Positions 25,120 through 39,255 of a DNA stretch of 64,000 bases are shown here, one piece after another. Within the stretch, counting starts at the first letter, position 1. Each line of letters starts with the position of its first letter. The stretch is taken from NCBI GenBank assembly GCA_964016885.1, contig OZ024742.1, positions 161,262,001-161,326,000 of the forward strand, read 5' to 3'. The notes beneath the pieces are model-generated. The model had not been told where the DNA came from. It did no database searches and saw only the letters and a program-made list of their open reading frames with translations. Made by a program: the position numbers and the translations under genes. This DNA is from Eledone cirrhosa. Lineage: Eukaryota.

Positions 25120-26270
25120 AACCACCAACATCAGTACCACCACCAATATCACTAACACCAGCAGCACCACCAACATCAGCACCACTACCACCACCAATAC
25201 CAACAGCGGCACCAACACCAGCAGCATTACCAACATCAGCACCACTACCACCACCACCACCAACACTAGCAGCACCACCAAAATCAGCACCACTACCACC
25301 ACCACCACCACCACCAACATCAGCACCACTACCAGCAGCATTACCAACACCACTACCACCAACAATACCACCACCACAACTTCCAACACCATCAACACAC
25401 TGTCAATACCACCAACAACAACAACACTATCATCAACCCTACCACCACTACCACTAACACCATCATCACCAGCTCCCCCACCATCAACTCTACCACCATC
25501 AGCCCAACCACACCCACCACTAGCACTGCCACCAACACTACCATCACCCCTATCATCACCACCACTAGCACCATCAACTCCCACCAACAATAGCATCAAA
25601 ATCAGCCCCACAACCACCATCAACATTACTGTCACCACCCTGCAGTATCAGGCCCCACCACCATCAGCCCCACCACCACTACCACCAATACCACCACCCT
25701 AGTTGTTACAGCTGCCATTGTGAAGGTTCAGTGGGTCCTCTTAAAATAAAGTATCTGTGTCAAACAAACAGTTGTAGAGAAAGACAAGAGAAAACACATC
25801 AAGAAACACTTTAAAATGTGAAGTGGTTCTCCTCTTGGTTTCATAGAAATGATAGAACAACAACCACGACAACTACAGCAACTACTACTACTACTACTAA
25901 GACGACTACTACTACTACAACTTCAATAGAAATAGTTTGACAACAACCACCACAACTACAGCAGAAACCACAACTACAGCAGAAACCACAACTACTACTA
26001 TTACTATTACTAAAACAACTACAACAGGAATGGTTTGACAACAACCATGACAACTACAACAACTGCAACAACTACTACAACTACAACTACTACTATTACT
26101 ACTAAAACAACTACAAGAGATATGGCTCAACAACAACCATAACAATAACTTCTACTACTACTATTACTACTACTAAAACAACTACAGCAGCAACAACTAC
26201 TACTACAACTACTACAACAATAACAACAGAAATGACTGAACAACAACAGAAATTGTATGACAACAACAGC
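25120..26270. repeat. Degenerate (ACC)/(ACT)/(ACA) trinucleotide low-complexity tracts
   Basis: Cryptic trinucleotide repeats that produce the Pro/Thr/Val-rich ORF artefacts. Confidence 0.85.
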
Positions 26271-26514
26271 AACTAGATCAAGAACAAATACATCAAAGCT
26301 CTTACAACTGTCAATAACTATGATAAAAAAAAATGATGAGCATAATTCTAGTAATAAATCTTTCGTTGCCATATTTCTAATGAAATACACTGTGTTTTAA
26401 TTTATTTGGGAACTAATGGAAAATTTTGAGGAATTTAGTAAAATAACTAACTTTTTTGTTATTAAGAAGTTTTTTTTTTTAAACAGCTTAACAAAATGAT
26501 ATTTCTATTTAGAA

Positions 26515-26699
26515 ATAATTGTTTCTACTTTAGGCACAAGGCCAGCAATTACCCAGTGCATTACTGGTACTTTATTTTATCGACCCCGTAAGGATGAAAG
26601 GCAAAGTCAACTTCGGCGGGATTTGAACTCAGATCGTAAAGGGACGTAACTATGCTGGAAAGCATGGCGTCCGACCCTCTACTGATACTGCCAATCCAC
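26515..26699 (-). mobile_element. SINE-A
   Basis: Reverse complement of the consensus; TSD tagaaataat. Confidence 0.9.
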
Positions 26700-26747
26700 T
26701 AGAAATAATGATAACTTTTTTTACATAAAAAATAATAAAGAATTTAA

Positions 26748-26972
26748 CCTTTTAGTATTTACATTACTCTATATTTACTATTGTATTTTCACGTTAAAAG
26801 CTTTACCTCACAAAATTATCTCACATAATATCACATCTATGAGATTTTGATATTATTTATTTTGAGAACAATACTTTAACATCAGTCAGTATGAGCAGCC
26901 AGTTACGGCCAGTTTGAACAGAAAGACGTGAGAGAATCCTGACCGAATACAGCCAGTTTAAATGCTAAAGGG
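26748..26972 (-). mobile_element. piggyBac-type MITE, uninterrupted copy (~225 bp); older copies near 8236, 34450-34650 and 55378-55566
   Basis: TTAA flanks, CC(C/T)TTTAG(C/T)ATTT TIRs, internal identity to 11976-12260. Confidence 0.8.
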
Positions 26973-27677
26973 TTAATGTTTAATCAAACATATAGAAAAA
27001 GAAATGGTATAAATGAGAGGAAAAAGAGGGAAAGAGCAAGGATTATTAGGCAACAAAAGAAAGGAGATAGGGAAAAGGTGACAGACTATACACCTAAGTT
27101 AGAGCAGTGTTTTGGCTGCACCACACAGAAAAATTATGTTCTTAGATGAAATTATGTTGGAAGGTTTTAATATAAGTATGAACAGTTTAAGCCAGACCAT
27201 TTTGAAGGATAAAAGAACCATGGGCAATTTCAAGTGGGTTGGTGTCAAAAGGGTTAAGAAGAGGAAAGTTTGGTTCCTAAACTTTTCACTACCAGAGACC
27301 CCTTTTATTTGAATGAATTTTCCCACAGACATACACACACCCCTGCTCTGATAACTCCTCATCCAAACTGTTATACAGCTTGAATAACAATCAAAATAGA
27401 TATGTTTATACAGATACACAATAGTGTATGTATAATATGTTTATATCCAGAGCAGATGGATACACAAATGTGTGTGTGTATTGTGTTTATAACTAAGTAT
27501 TTAAAATTGTTATAAGATGTAAATAACAAACAAAAGACAAAAATGTTTATATCCAGAGAAGATTAGACAACAAATAGTGTATGTATATTATGATTTAATG
27601 AAATACTTGAAATTTTGAACTTAGCTCACAGAAACCCCCAGTATTAATTTTGCAGACCCCAAGTTGTTACTCTTCAT

Positions 27678-27950
27678 CAGGCATGTCAAACTGAGGGTCC
27701 TCTGAGGGCCACATGTGTCACATATGAGTTGTCTGAGGGCCACACGCGACAACTAATAGCACACATTACAACACATTATTTGCCTTTCATCCTTACGGGG
27801 TCGATAAAATAAAGTACCAGTAATACACTGGGATAAATGCTGGCTTTGTGCCAAAAGTAGAAACAATTATTTTATTTTATATTACGAAGATTAAACATGC
27901 TTGCGCTGCCACAGGTGTGCTTGTAAAGGGCCGCATGTTTGACATGCCTG
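27678..27950. mobile_element. hAT (Charlie/MER30-like) MITE with a nested SINE-A tail
   Basis: TIR CAGGCATGTCAAAC / GTTTGACATGCCTG; 8-bp TSD ctcttcat / ctcttgat; SINE fragment at about 27779-27870. Confidence 0.85.
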
Positions 27951-27994
27951 CTCTTGATGATAAACTGAAAGTTATAAAAATTGGCAGAATCATT

Positions 27995-28360
27995 ATAATT
28001 GTTTCTACTTTTGGCACAAGGCCAGCAATTATCCCAGTGTATTACTGGTACTTTATTTTATCGACCCCATAAGGATGAAAGGCAAAGTTAACCTTGGTGG
28101 GTCGGATAGAAAGCTTTGCGGTATTTGTTCTGGCTCTCCGTGTTCTGAGTCCAAATGCTGCCACGGTCAACTTTATCTTTCATTGGCAGTATCGGTAGAG
28201 GGTCGGACATGCTTTCCAGCATAGTTACGTCCCTTTACGATTTGAGTTCAAATCCCGCCGAGGTTAACTTTGCCTTTCATCCTTACGGGGTCAATAAAAT
28301 AAAGTACCAGTAATGTACTGGATAATTGCTGGCCTTGTGCCAAAAAGTAGAAACAATTAT
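27995..28360. mobile_element. SINE-A fragments in inverted orientation (27995-28100 -, 28183-28360 +)
   Basis: Identity to the SINE-A consensus. Confidence 0.8.
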
Positions 28361-29619
28361 TTTGAGGTCAATGAAAAAACATACCAGTCCAGTATTGGGA
28401 CAATCCTTCCGTTATTATCTTTCTAACTTCCTCTCTATCACTCTCTCTCCTCTTTTTCACTTTCTCCCTTATCACTCTTTCTCCTCTTTCTCACTTCTGT
28501 TTCACTCTCTATTTTATTCTGGAAGAAATCAGCTGGACAGGGGATGGGCTCTGCCAAGTTTAAAATTCTCAAGATTCGCCATATGTCACTACGACATCCT
28601 ACAACTCCATCAGGAGTTACAGTTTCATATATATATAAAAAGATATAAACATGGTGACATTACATGAAGAAAAATAGGGGTGATACTTAGGAATGACCAA
28701 ACAGGACAACAGTATGAACAATTATGTAAGAAAAATAGATGACAGATGACCAGAAGGTAAAACAATTAAAGTTACATGTACTTGAAGTACACAAAGAGGA
28801 AGGAATAGGTAAAAATAGTATTGTGATTGAAAAAGAACATTGGTTGTTCCTATGCTTAAAAGATTTCAAGTGGAAAAAATGCAATGTAGCCAGATTGAAC
28901 CTCGGACCTCATGACTGCAGGGGGAGTTTTCTAACCACTTGGTCATGCCTGAGGCCACACGTCCTCACATACGCACACACACTCACACATGTATATTATT
29001 TTTTCCTGTTACCATATTTATACTTATATATATCTACATCATCGTTTAACATCGATTTTCCATGCTAACATGGGTTAGACAGGTCATCACATTTGGGACA
29101 AGTCGGGTTAGGTGACCATGTCTTGCTCATACGGAACTGTTTCTGGCTTGGTTTCTACGGCAACCATATTTACAGTGTGTGCTGGGTGCTTTATGCCATG
29201 ACACCTATACGACCACTTTATAGTGTAGGCTAGGTAATATGCATACGCACGCGCACACGTATAGCTCTATATACAAAACGTTTTTTTTTCCATTTCAGGT
29301 AGATGCGCTCCATCATCCACTTTTCCAAAAAAGTATATCATACACAAAACGCCAGCATCAACAGTTTTCCAAGAGATGGCAACATGAATGGACCTGCTAT
29401 TTTTCTCTAAAAACATTTTTTCCGATTCTGCACTGTTCATCCCTTCAATCTTTCTAATTTCTTATTCTTTCTTCTGATGAAGGACTAGCATCCAAAACGC
29501 TATTCCAAGCATTAAACTAATATATTCCTTCCATATACTGTACCGATTGTGTTGTTATTTCTGTTTACCTTTTACATACATACATACATATATATATGTG
29601 TTTGTGTGTGTATATCATT

Positions 29620-29959
29620 TCATCATTCATCATTTCATTTTACGTCCACTTTTCCCTGCTTGCAAGGGTGGGACGGGAACTGATTCTGGCTTGATTTCTA
29701 CAGCTGGATGCCCTTCCTAACACCAACTTCATTTACAGTGAGTGCTGGGTGCTTTTTTTTTTGCCGTGGCACCTCCACGACCACTTTACAGTGGAATGAT
29801 AGGGATAGGACCTATCATCTCATTTCTACAGCTGAGTAAACTGGAGCAATGTGAAATAAAGTGTCTTGCTCAAGGAAACAACACATCACCCGGTCTGAGA
29901 ATTAAACTCACAACCTTTCGATTGCAAGGCCAATGCTCTAACCACTAAGCCATGTGCCT
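29620..29959 (-). mobile_element. SINE-B: tRNA head, CORE-like domain and RTE-derived 3' tail
   Basis: Head ggcacatggcttagtggttagagc..gagtttaattc, core ccttgagcaagacactttatttcacattgctccagtttactcagctgtagaaatg, tail ggttggtgttaggaagggcatccagctgtagaaa as in the RTE 3' UTR. Confidence 0.88.
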
Positions 29960-29980
29960 TTATATTATATATATATATAT

Positions 29981-30274
29981 GGAGGCATATGACTTAGTGG
30001 TTAGAGCATTGACCTTGCAATCGAAAGGTTGTGAGTTCAATTCTCGGACCGGGTGATGTGTTGTTTCCTTGAGCAAGAGACTTTATTTCACATTGTTCTA
30101 GTTTACTCAGGTCCCTATCATTCCACTGCAAAGTGGTCGTGGAGGTGCCACGGCAAAAAAGCACCCAGCACTCACTGTAAATGAGGTTGGTGTTAGGAAG
30201 GGCATCCAACTGTAGAAATCAAGCCAGTATCAGTTCCCGTCCCACCCTTGCAAGCAGGGCAAAGCGGACGTAAA

Positions 30275-30313
<39 letters not shown>
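29981..30313 (+). mobile_element. SINE-B, head-to-head with the previous copy
   Basis: Same structure, (GAT)n tail; separated from the inverted copy by about 20 bp of (TA)n. Confidence 0.88.
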
Positions 30314-30315
<2 letters not shown>

Positions 30316-30523
30316 ATATATATATATATTAGCAGTAGCACTAACATAGCATGATACATAATAGAGGTACATTTGAAGGAATACTCGTATGTTTATGTAT
30401 CTAATATGTAGGTATGTAAACATGCCAGAAAATACAAATTTCCATATAAATTGAAAAAATGATAAACATCTTTAATTGATTTTCGGATCTTATTGGAGCC
30501 TTATATATATATATATATATATA

Positions 30524-32630
30524 CAGTGGCGTAGCTAGGGTGTGGCAAGCAGGGCACATGCCACAGGCGCCATATTTAGTTGGGCGTAATTTCGACCTAG
30601 ATCAATTTACATCCATGTCGTTTTTATCATTTTAAAAAATATAAGCCAAAAATGAAGCAAGTGATTTCTTGATAGCCGACATCCACGCCATGTCTAGTGC
30701 ACTAGACAGAGCAGATGTCTGATTTGACCTCACAAAACCGCCCCCCCCCCTACACACACACACACACTGACTGAAGGGACGTAGTTTTGGACGTGCAACT
30801 GGTGGACACGCAGGCGCTATTTTTAGCAATGCATTGCAATGACCAATACAAGATAATTATAATTATGAAGCTGGTTTACAAAACAGAGTAGTTTGTCTTT
30901 TACAACTGGTACATAAGACGTATAGAAAAGGTATCATAATCCAAATGGCCAGATAGGATCGGATAGCTTCTATTAGGAATTCAATTTGACTCCAGTTTAG
31001 ATGGTTCAATGTTTTCTTGTATAATACAGTTTGTCAGAATTTACTAAATCGTATCCAAAAAGCAAGATACTATGGTCTGCTGATTGTTTCGACCCCCTGA
31101 CCACGCGCACCGAGAACAACTATCAAAAGTTGTGCGATATGTCGATGTTGATTTCAATATGAAGATGGTCATTGAGAGCATATCTTTTCTTGGATTCATT
31201 TAAGTAATCAAAAAAGATGCCGCAAACCTTGTTGAAACAATCGTGAAAGAGCTAGAAAAAGATGACCTACCACTGCAGAACTGTCGATCGCAGTGCTACG
31301 ACAATGCTGCCATAATGGCTGGGCACCGTAGTGAGGTTCAGCAGAGAATGAGAGAGAAGAAGAATTTGATTCAATTCATTAATTGTGATAACCATTCACT
31401 TAATCTGGCTGGTCTTCATGCAGCCAAAAACGATTCTGCTATGATGAACTTTTTCAGTTGCATTGACTCGCTATACAACTTTTTTTCTCGTTCAACATGA
31501 CGATGGGAAACCCTTAAAGAAGTTGCTCCAGTGGTTGTTAAATATCCTTCCAACACGCGGTGGAGTGCTAGATGTACCGCAGTCAGACCGGTGGCAAATT
31601 ATTTGACGCTGATTGTTCAAGTTCTCAAAAAAATTAGTGATGCGAGAGTAGAAGTGATGCCAGTAATCTCCATAATCGGATACTGAGTTATGAATTCCTG
31701 AACTTGATTAGATTCTGGAACACGATTCTCTCACGAATTGACCGGGTTCAAAAGAGACTTCAAGATCTAAGAATGAATTTTCACGATGCTGCAACTGATA
31801 TAGGAGCCCTTCAACTTTATTTTAAAGAAGAAGGAACATCCTTAGTCCACAAGTCTCTTGAAATGGGCTTCAACCTCTGCCAGAAATGGAATGTCGATTT
31901 TCCGAGGAGGCGAGGAAGACGACAAACCAATACCAAAATTACTGAGGACGTCGGGGTGGCTGCCAGAAAAGAGAGAGCAATGCAAAGTTCACTCAATTGT
32001 CTTCAAACAGAAATGGAAGAACAGTTTATTCGACTTAGGGAAAACGACTCAAGTTTTGGCTTTCTTCTTGATGTCAACTATGTTTTATTTGGCTGCTCCT
32101 GATAACCTTGTCCTTAAACAAAGGTGCAACAGTCTTGCGGAACTATACAACTCCGACATCGACGGAGAGCAATTGTATGAGGAAATCTTGGACTGCCGAT
32201 CTTTGCTGTCTACTAGGACAGCTGACACAATTTTAAAGCCAGAGGCGCTCCTCCAATTCATCATACAATATGGCGATGAATGTGTTTTTCCCAATTTGTG
32301 AATCAGCATTCAAATAATGTTGACGATTTCTATTTCAATTGCCAGTTACGAGAGGTCGTTCAGCAAGCTGAAGCTAATACATTCGTATTTGTGAACCTCA
32401 ATGGGCCAACAACGGCTGACTAACCTTGCGCTTTTGAGTGTAGAAATCGAAGAGTTTGAACAAACTGATTTCGAGGAAATTATCAACCAGTTTACCTCAT
32501 TAAAAGCCCGAAAAATCAAGTTGTAACTGTTTTTTGTTTTTTTATTATAAATTCTACCGCAATTTCATATTTGTGGATCTTGACTTTTTGATGCTTGCCC
32601 TGGGCGGCGTTTACCCTAGCCACGCCACTG
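30524..32630 (+). mobile_element. hAT DNA transposon (Tip100/ZMYM1-like transposase), internally deleted and pseudogenised
   Basis: TIRs CAGTGGCGTAGCTAGGG / CCCTAGCCACGCCACTG. Remnants CRSQCYDNAAIMAG, CDNHSLNL, TRWSAR and dimerisation domain VFPNL*..SIASYERSFSKLKLI..SMGQQRL, with stops and frameshifts. Confidence 0.9.
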
Positions 32631-32635
32631 TATAT

Positions 32636-33302
32636 CATCATCATCATCATCGTTTAACGTCCATCTTCCACGCTTGCATGGGTTTGGACGGGAGTTTTCC
32701 CACTTGAGGCAAGATTGGTTGACTTGCTCGTATAGGACTGTCTGGCGGGTTTTCTACGGCTGGATGCCCTTCCTAACACCAACCACGTTTACAGTGTGGA
32801 CTGGGAGGTTTTTACCGTGTTACCTACACGGCCACATTACAGCATGGACTGTGTGTTTTTTTGTCGTGACACCTACACGACCTCATTTGTATCGGCCTGG
32901 ATGTTGTGGTACCAACATAACTTTACATTAAAAGGGGTGGTGTGGATGAGGTGGGGGTAGTGGGACGGGGGTGTATTTTTGTTAGAGGTGCCTACTGACA
33001 GTAGGTTTTGCTTTGTACTTAGGCAAGGCGGGTCTTCTGTATTACTGTGTAGCGCCAAAGATCTCGGTCCAGTGACATTGTTTTGGAGAGGTGTAAGTGT
33101 GTGAGGTCGGAATTTATCAAGTCGTCCCAGGTTTTTCTGGGTCTGCCTACTCCGTGGCTACCGTCTATTTTTATCGCCTTGCACTTTTTTATACAGCTGT
33201 CGTCTTTCATGCGCATCACGTGACCGTACCAATGTAGTCTTATCTCGAGTAAACAACATCTGATCCCTCTTATTCCTAATTTCTCCCTTAGTTCGTTTAT
33301 GC
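32636..33302 (-). mobile_element. 5'-truncated RTE LINE copy (C-terminus, full 3' UTR and tail)
   Basis: ORF 33019-33219 is nearly identical to the last 66 aa of 17961-21206; (CAT)n tail. Confidence 0.92.
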
Positions 33303-33474
33303 ATATATATATATTTTAGCTTTCAATCATTTTGTCAAGTCAAAACCAAGTGGATATCTCCATTTATAAATGTTTGTATTTATATATATATATATTGAAG
33401 TTTCCGTGGAAAAAGTAAAAGGAATGAAGAGTGCTCTATGTAAGTAACAGAGCTAAATATTTAATGTTATATTT

Positions 33475-33542
33475 CCTTATCTGACGAACAAATGCGGACG
33501 TCTCTTGTGTTCGTTCTGTTCGGGAAACCTCAGGTAATGAGG
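33475..33542 (+). ncRNA. Hammerhead ribozyme candidate with irregular stem II
   Basis: ccttat-CTGACGA-acaaatgcggac..gttcgttctgttcgg-GAAA-cctcagg-TA|atgagg. 6-bp stem I and 3-bp stem III; sits in a (TA)n-bounded island. Confidence 0.55.
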
Positions 33543-34858
33543 TAATTATACTGTGTTGTTTATTATACATTAAATATATATATATATATATATATATATC
33601 CAAAATGGCTGACTGAATACACGTGTTTTTTTTCCCTTCCTGCTTCTTCTCACTCTTTATTTTTCTATTTCATCTTATATTTTTAGCTCTATCTTTTGAT
33701 GAAAGACTAGTGTCCAAAACGTTAAGACTCTTTTCCTGTTATTTAAAGCGTTAAACTAATATATTTCTTCAATGTACTGTATTGTTTGCTTTATTATTTC
33801 TGTTTACTTTTTACATATATATATATGCCATCGCATACAAACCTACAGTCAGTAGGCATCTCTTAACCCAATGTACACCCCACCCCCACACCCTACCTCA
33901 TCCTCCCTTTCCCGTTCCGTCCTCTATGTCGATGACACAACAGTCCACACTGTAAGGTGGCCATGTAGGAGACATGGTAAAAAGGCTCCCAGTCTACACA
34001 GTAAATATGGTTGGTGTTAGGAAGGGCATCCAGCTGTAAAAAATCTGCAAGAGACACCTCTGTGCAAACAAGACACAGTCTCCCGACCATTCCGACTGTC
34101 TAGCGTGGAAGATGGACGTTAAACGACGATGATATATATATAAATAAATAAGTAATAAATAATAAATCGACGGCTTCAGATGGAATCTACAGTATTTTTG
34201 TTTTTTTTACACCTGTTTTTTACAAATAAAACAAGGTGTAAAGATACAATTAGTCAACAACTCTTAGTTAAGTAAGATTCTACTATATGCGAGTAAATCC
34301 ATGTTAGTTATCCAGCATAATCCCACCAACACTTAATTCCATTTCATTTATTTTATGGATAAAATACACATAAAATTTAAGATTTCACCTGGTTTGTTCT
34401 ATTTGCAGATAGTAGAAGTACATTGGGTTTGAAATTTTCATGACATCTTAATCCTTTAGAATTCACATTACCCTATTTCTGCTATGATATTTTCATAGAA
34501 AAGACTTTATCTCACATAATATAGAATCTACGAGATTTTGATATTCATTCTGAGAACAATACGTTAACATTGGTATGAGTGGTCAGGTACAACTGGTTTG
34601 AACAGAAAGAGATGAGAGAATTTTGGCCGAATATGGCCGGAATAAATACTAAAGTTTGATTTTTCAACTCATTTCTTTTTTTGTGTCTATGTGTGTGCTT
34701 GTGCACATGTTTGTATGTATGTTTAGGTCCCATATCTTAGCAATTCAACGAAAAAAAGAGATTGACAGTACAAGATTAGAAAAATAAAAACTTTAAGGTG
34801 ATAATCTAGCAAGGCCTCAGTCTAATGACTGAAAGCAGTCAAAGAGTGTGCGTGCGTG

Positions 34859-34859
<1 letters not shown>

Positions 34860-34932
<73 letters not shown>
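34860..34932 (+). repeat. (TG)n microsatellite
   Basis: Pure dinucleotide run. Confidence 0.95.
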
Positions 34933-34934
<2 letters not shown>

Positions 34935-35719
34935 ATAAGACTTTCTATTATACCAACAAAATTCTTTCTGTTTGTTGTTTCAGTTTTGGAATGATGTCAA
35001 CAGTTTTAAAATAATATTTTCTAAGAATCTCTATGACTGGAGCAACTGACATTGTCGAAAGCTAAACACAAATATTAACACAACAAACACAAACAAAAAT
35101 AATACAAAAACAAAGACAAAAAAAAAACAACACAAAAGGAAACAAAAGAAAAAATGCTATTTTTTTAATATGTGGGAGTTTGGAAAGGAAAAATGTGTCG
35201 GTGTGTGTGTATATATATATATATATCGGGAATTTTACCCACCCTAGATATATATGTATATATATGTATATAAACAGAAGTGAAACATGCCATAACATAA
35301 CAGAAAAGAGTTGTTGGATTTGTGGACAAGACATCTGCAGCTAACTGAAAGCTGTTGGTTCATTATCTCCATGGACAGAAACAATACACCACTAGTGCCA
35401 CCAACACCAGCTATACTATTAACAACACTGACACCATCATCATCAAGACCACCACCAATACCATCATCATCAAGACCACCACCAATACCATCATCATCAT
35501 CATCACTACCATCACCACCATCATCATCACTACTGCTACGAGCACACAAACACTATCATCAACAGCTCTACCACCACCAACATCATCCTCATCACTACCA
35601 CCACCATCAACATCATTACCATCACCAACATCATTATCAACATCACTGCCACCACTAACATCATCATCATCATTACTCCCAACACTAACAACATTACAAC
35701 ATTATTACTACTACTACTA

Positions 35720-35910
35720 GGGCGGTGGATTGGCAGTATCGGTAGAGGGTCGGACGCCATGCTTTCCAGCATAGTTACGTCCCTTTATGATCAGAGTTCA
35801 AACCCGCCGAGGTTGACTTTGCCTTTTATCCTTACGGGGTCGATAGAATAAAGTACCAGTAATGCACTGGGTAATTGCTGGCCTTGTGCCTAAAGTAGAA
35901 ACAATTATTA
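35720..35910 (+). mobile_element. SINE-A inserted into the ACC/ACT/ATC low-complexity tract (35390-36240)
   Basis: Full consensus; flanked by attattactactacta on both sides. Confidence 0.9.
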
Positions 35911-38294
35911 CTACTACTACCACTACCAACATCAACCAACATACCAATACTATTACCACCGACACTAATAACACCAACACCATTGCCAACAACACTACTA
36001 CTAACACCAATATTGTTACCACCCACACTAGTAACAACATCAACAATACCAACAACACCACAGCTCTACACCTCCCACCTTCACTCACCAACAACACCTA
36101 TAACATTATCACCTACACTAATAACAACACCAAACCACATCAACACGACCACAACTACATTTCCACAAACACCAACAACACTACAAACAATACCACCAAC
36201 AACAACCCTACTACCCCACAACCATCTCCACCATTCCATACATCTCTCTCTCTCCCTCTTTCTCTCTATATATCTATCTATCTATCTATCTATCCATCTA
36301 TCTATCCCTCTATCTCCCTCCCTTGAGTTAAACACTCAAAACTCTTATTTACTCACTTCAATAACTTCATCATACTGCAAAAACCAAAACTCTTAGTGTT
36401 CTCATCTCTGGAGTTTATTTAGACAGAAATTCTAGCGAAAATAAACCAAAAAACAGGGGGAGATAATTCAAAAACAAGAAGAAAGAAAAAAAATAGTGAA
36501 TATACAGTGTCAGTCAGCTGGTGTTTGAGGAGCAGGAGGAAGAGGGTGAATGAGGATGGGATAGGAAATGAGTTGAGGTGAGAGTTAGGTTTAAGGAAAA
36601 AAAGAATAAGAAGCTGAAGAGACTAAATAAAGATGTCAAAGATAGGTTTTCTTTTACATACATATGTATGTAAACTAACTGGCTTCACTTTTGTGGTTAA
36701 AAACATAATAAATAACATTAACCTTTTTGATACCAACCCATCGGAAACAGTCTTTGGTTGTTTGAAATAAAACACCAATTCTAAGAGATTCTTATTTAAT
36801 AAAATTAAAATTTCATATATGAGCCATATGTTAACTTACTATCTTAGTAATAAAATAATTAATTTTAGTAAATCCCTCAAAATTCTTCGTTAAGTAATTG
36901 AAATAGAGTGTATTTCATTAGAAATACGATCACAACCTACCCCAAACCAAAGTTCTGTGAAATTAAACCATCCATTTCCTATATAAATTAAAACCTTACA
37001 ACATTTTTACTTTTAACTCTTAACATCATGTAATGATTTGGCAAAAAACACCTAAAAATGGGTTTGTTAATTCAAATGTTTGTAGTATCTTTACTAGTGG
37101 ACAGATCATTGTGAAAAATTATAATTACCAGGTATACTCATATATAAAGCTGAGAAATATGTGACCAAAAAAAACGCTGGTCAAATGGCGGTTGGCTTAT
37201 ATTCAAGGTCAATATTTTTTCTGATTTCCACCAAACTTCAAATTCTACGTAAGGTACTAAAATATCTGGAGTGATTATTTTACAATGAAACTTTTTTTTT
37301 TACTACAACATCGTTATTGTTATTTATGCATTCCTTCGGAAATATTTCTGACAAATTTGTATAATTTGAACTTTTTAATACATAAATATCCCATACCCAT
37401 ACACATATATGCACGCTCATGCACACATACATACATGCATGCATACACACATGTACATGCACGCAATTATACACACTCACATGAGTGCTGACTGTTTTTC
37501 TCTAACTTAATAATACTTTTTCTTTCAATTTTATGTAAGATCGAAATCTTACTTCTGACTTTTGTTTTATTGCTCTCACTCTCTCTCTCCTTCCTTGCCC
37601 TCTCTCTAACTTGCTGTCTTTCCTTCCCTCATCTACTCTATGAATCCTGAAACAAAGTATCTCTTGCTTCCATCTACTCCCAGCATGTGAGTAGCTGGAA
37701 GCAAACAAAAATTCAAGAAACGTCTTGAAACTATAAAACAGATGAAATGGTAAAAAAGCATTATGTAATGAAGTTGTGAAACAAAACCTATATTCTAAAG
37801 GATACTTAAAACATCAAAATATCAAAACTTCATGAATTTATTTTATATTCATGGGAATTTCAAACCACGCCATTTAAACATACTTGTTGATTAGCAACCT
37901 TGGCTTATGAACAGGGTTTGGATTTTTACCCATTTCTCAGACATAAAGTAAAGGGACAGCTTATATCCAAATATATATAGTAACCAAAGTAAAGACTTTG
38001 GTTACTTTAAAAGAGGTGGTTTAAAGTGGATTTGGAATTTAACTGCAATGAAAATGTCTAAAAATGATTTGTTAATTCAAATGTTTATAATACCTTTGGA
38101 CAGATTGTTGTGGCAATATGTAATATTAGAGTAAAAACTATAATTTTACTAATGCAGTTACCTGTGGTACAGGACATTACGAGTTAATAATGAAATAATA
38201 ATTTTAGTAAATCCCTCCAAACTCTTCAATAACTAATCTAATTAAATGCAGTGTACTTCATTAGATATTTGGTAATAAAAGGTAAATTTGGTAA

Positions 38295-38467
38295 TAATTG
38301 TTTCTACTTTAGGCACAAGGCCAGCAATTACCCAGTGCATTACTGGTACTTTATTTTATCGACCCCCATAAGGATGAAAGGCAAAGTCAACCTCGGCGGG
38401 ATTTGAACTCAGATCGTAAAGGGACGTAACTATGCTGGAAAGCATGGCATCCGACCCTCTACCGATT
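38295..38467 (-). mobile_element. Slightly 5'-truncated SINE-A
   Basis: TSD atttggtaataat. Confidence 0.9.
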
Positions 38468-38935
38468 TGGTAATAATGTCTTTTCAGAGTACAGATAGTG
38501 AATATTATCTTGACTGTCGAGAGTTAGCATTGTTGTTGTTGTTATTCTGCCGCATTGTTAACACTGATGTAGTAGAACTATGACAATGGAATGCACCCTA
38601 ACTGTGAACATAGGAAAGAGGACAATTTGAGGGAGATTTGGATATTGTTTCTAACAAATTGATTAATCACATAGACACTCACGTAGGCTCCAGAAACAAG
38701 AGATTAAGAGAAAGATATAAACAAAATCTAAGCAAGCGGTGGAGTAAGAAAGAGATATAGAGGAAGAATTGATCCTACTACTGGACTGGAACTTTTTATC
38801 AACCTCGAAAGGATGAAAGTTGACCATGGTGGCATATAAGCACAGAACACAAAGAGCTGGAACAAATATGGTAAAGTATTCTATCTGATGTTCTAATGAT
38901 TCTACCAGTTTGCTATTAGGTTGAATACTATAGAT

Positions 38936-39255
38936 CAGGGGTCCTCAACCTTTTTTTCGCTGTGGACCACTAAAATAAGTAATTTTTTCCTGTGGACCAC
39001 CTAAACTTTAAAATCTTTTGTAATAGAACTGCTACTTATAAGCATCAGTAGATGTTTTTTTTTCAATGAATTAGAAAATGCTATTATCATGTCGCAGTGC
39101 CTAAAAATCTACACAAATAAACAGCTGAAGTCGTACTTATGCGAAGAATAAGAACAGGGCTTTAAGTCAAATGCATGTTAGAAAATTTTCTGTGGACCAC
39201 CTGAATTTTCCTGTGGACCACTAGTGGTCCACATGGACCAGGTTGAGAACCCCTG
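38936..39255. mobile_element. hAT (Charlie-like) MITE, 320 bp
   Basis: TIR CAGGGGTCCTCAACC / GGTTGAGAACCCCTG, perfect 8-bp TSD CTATAGAT, repeated subterminal TGTGGACCAC motifs. Confidence 0.92.

Noticed and set aside
25053-26390. Pro-rich, Val-rich and Cys-rich ORFs
   Set aside because: Translations of degenerate trinucleotide repeats, open in several frames on both strands, with no splice or domain evidence.
29981-30050. tRNA genes (also 9960-10030, 58830-58900, 61433-61500)
   Set aside because: A/B boxes are present, but there is no complete cloverleaf and each runs into a SINE body, so these are SINE heads.
35244-36396. His/Thr/Asn-rich ORFs
   Set aside because: Low-complexity repeats plus a SINE insertion.
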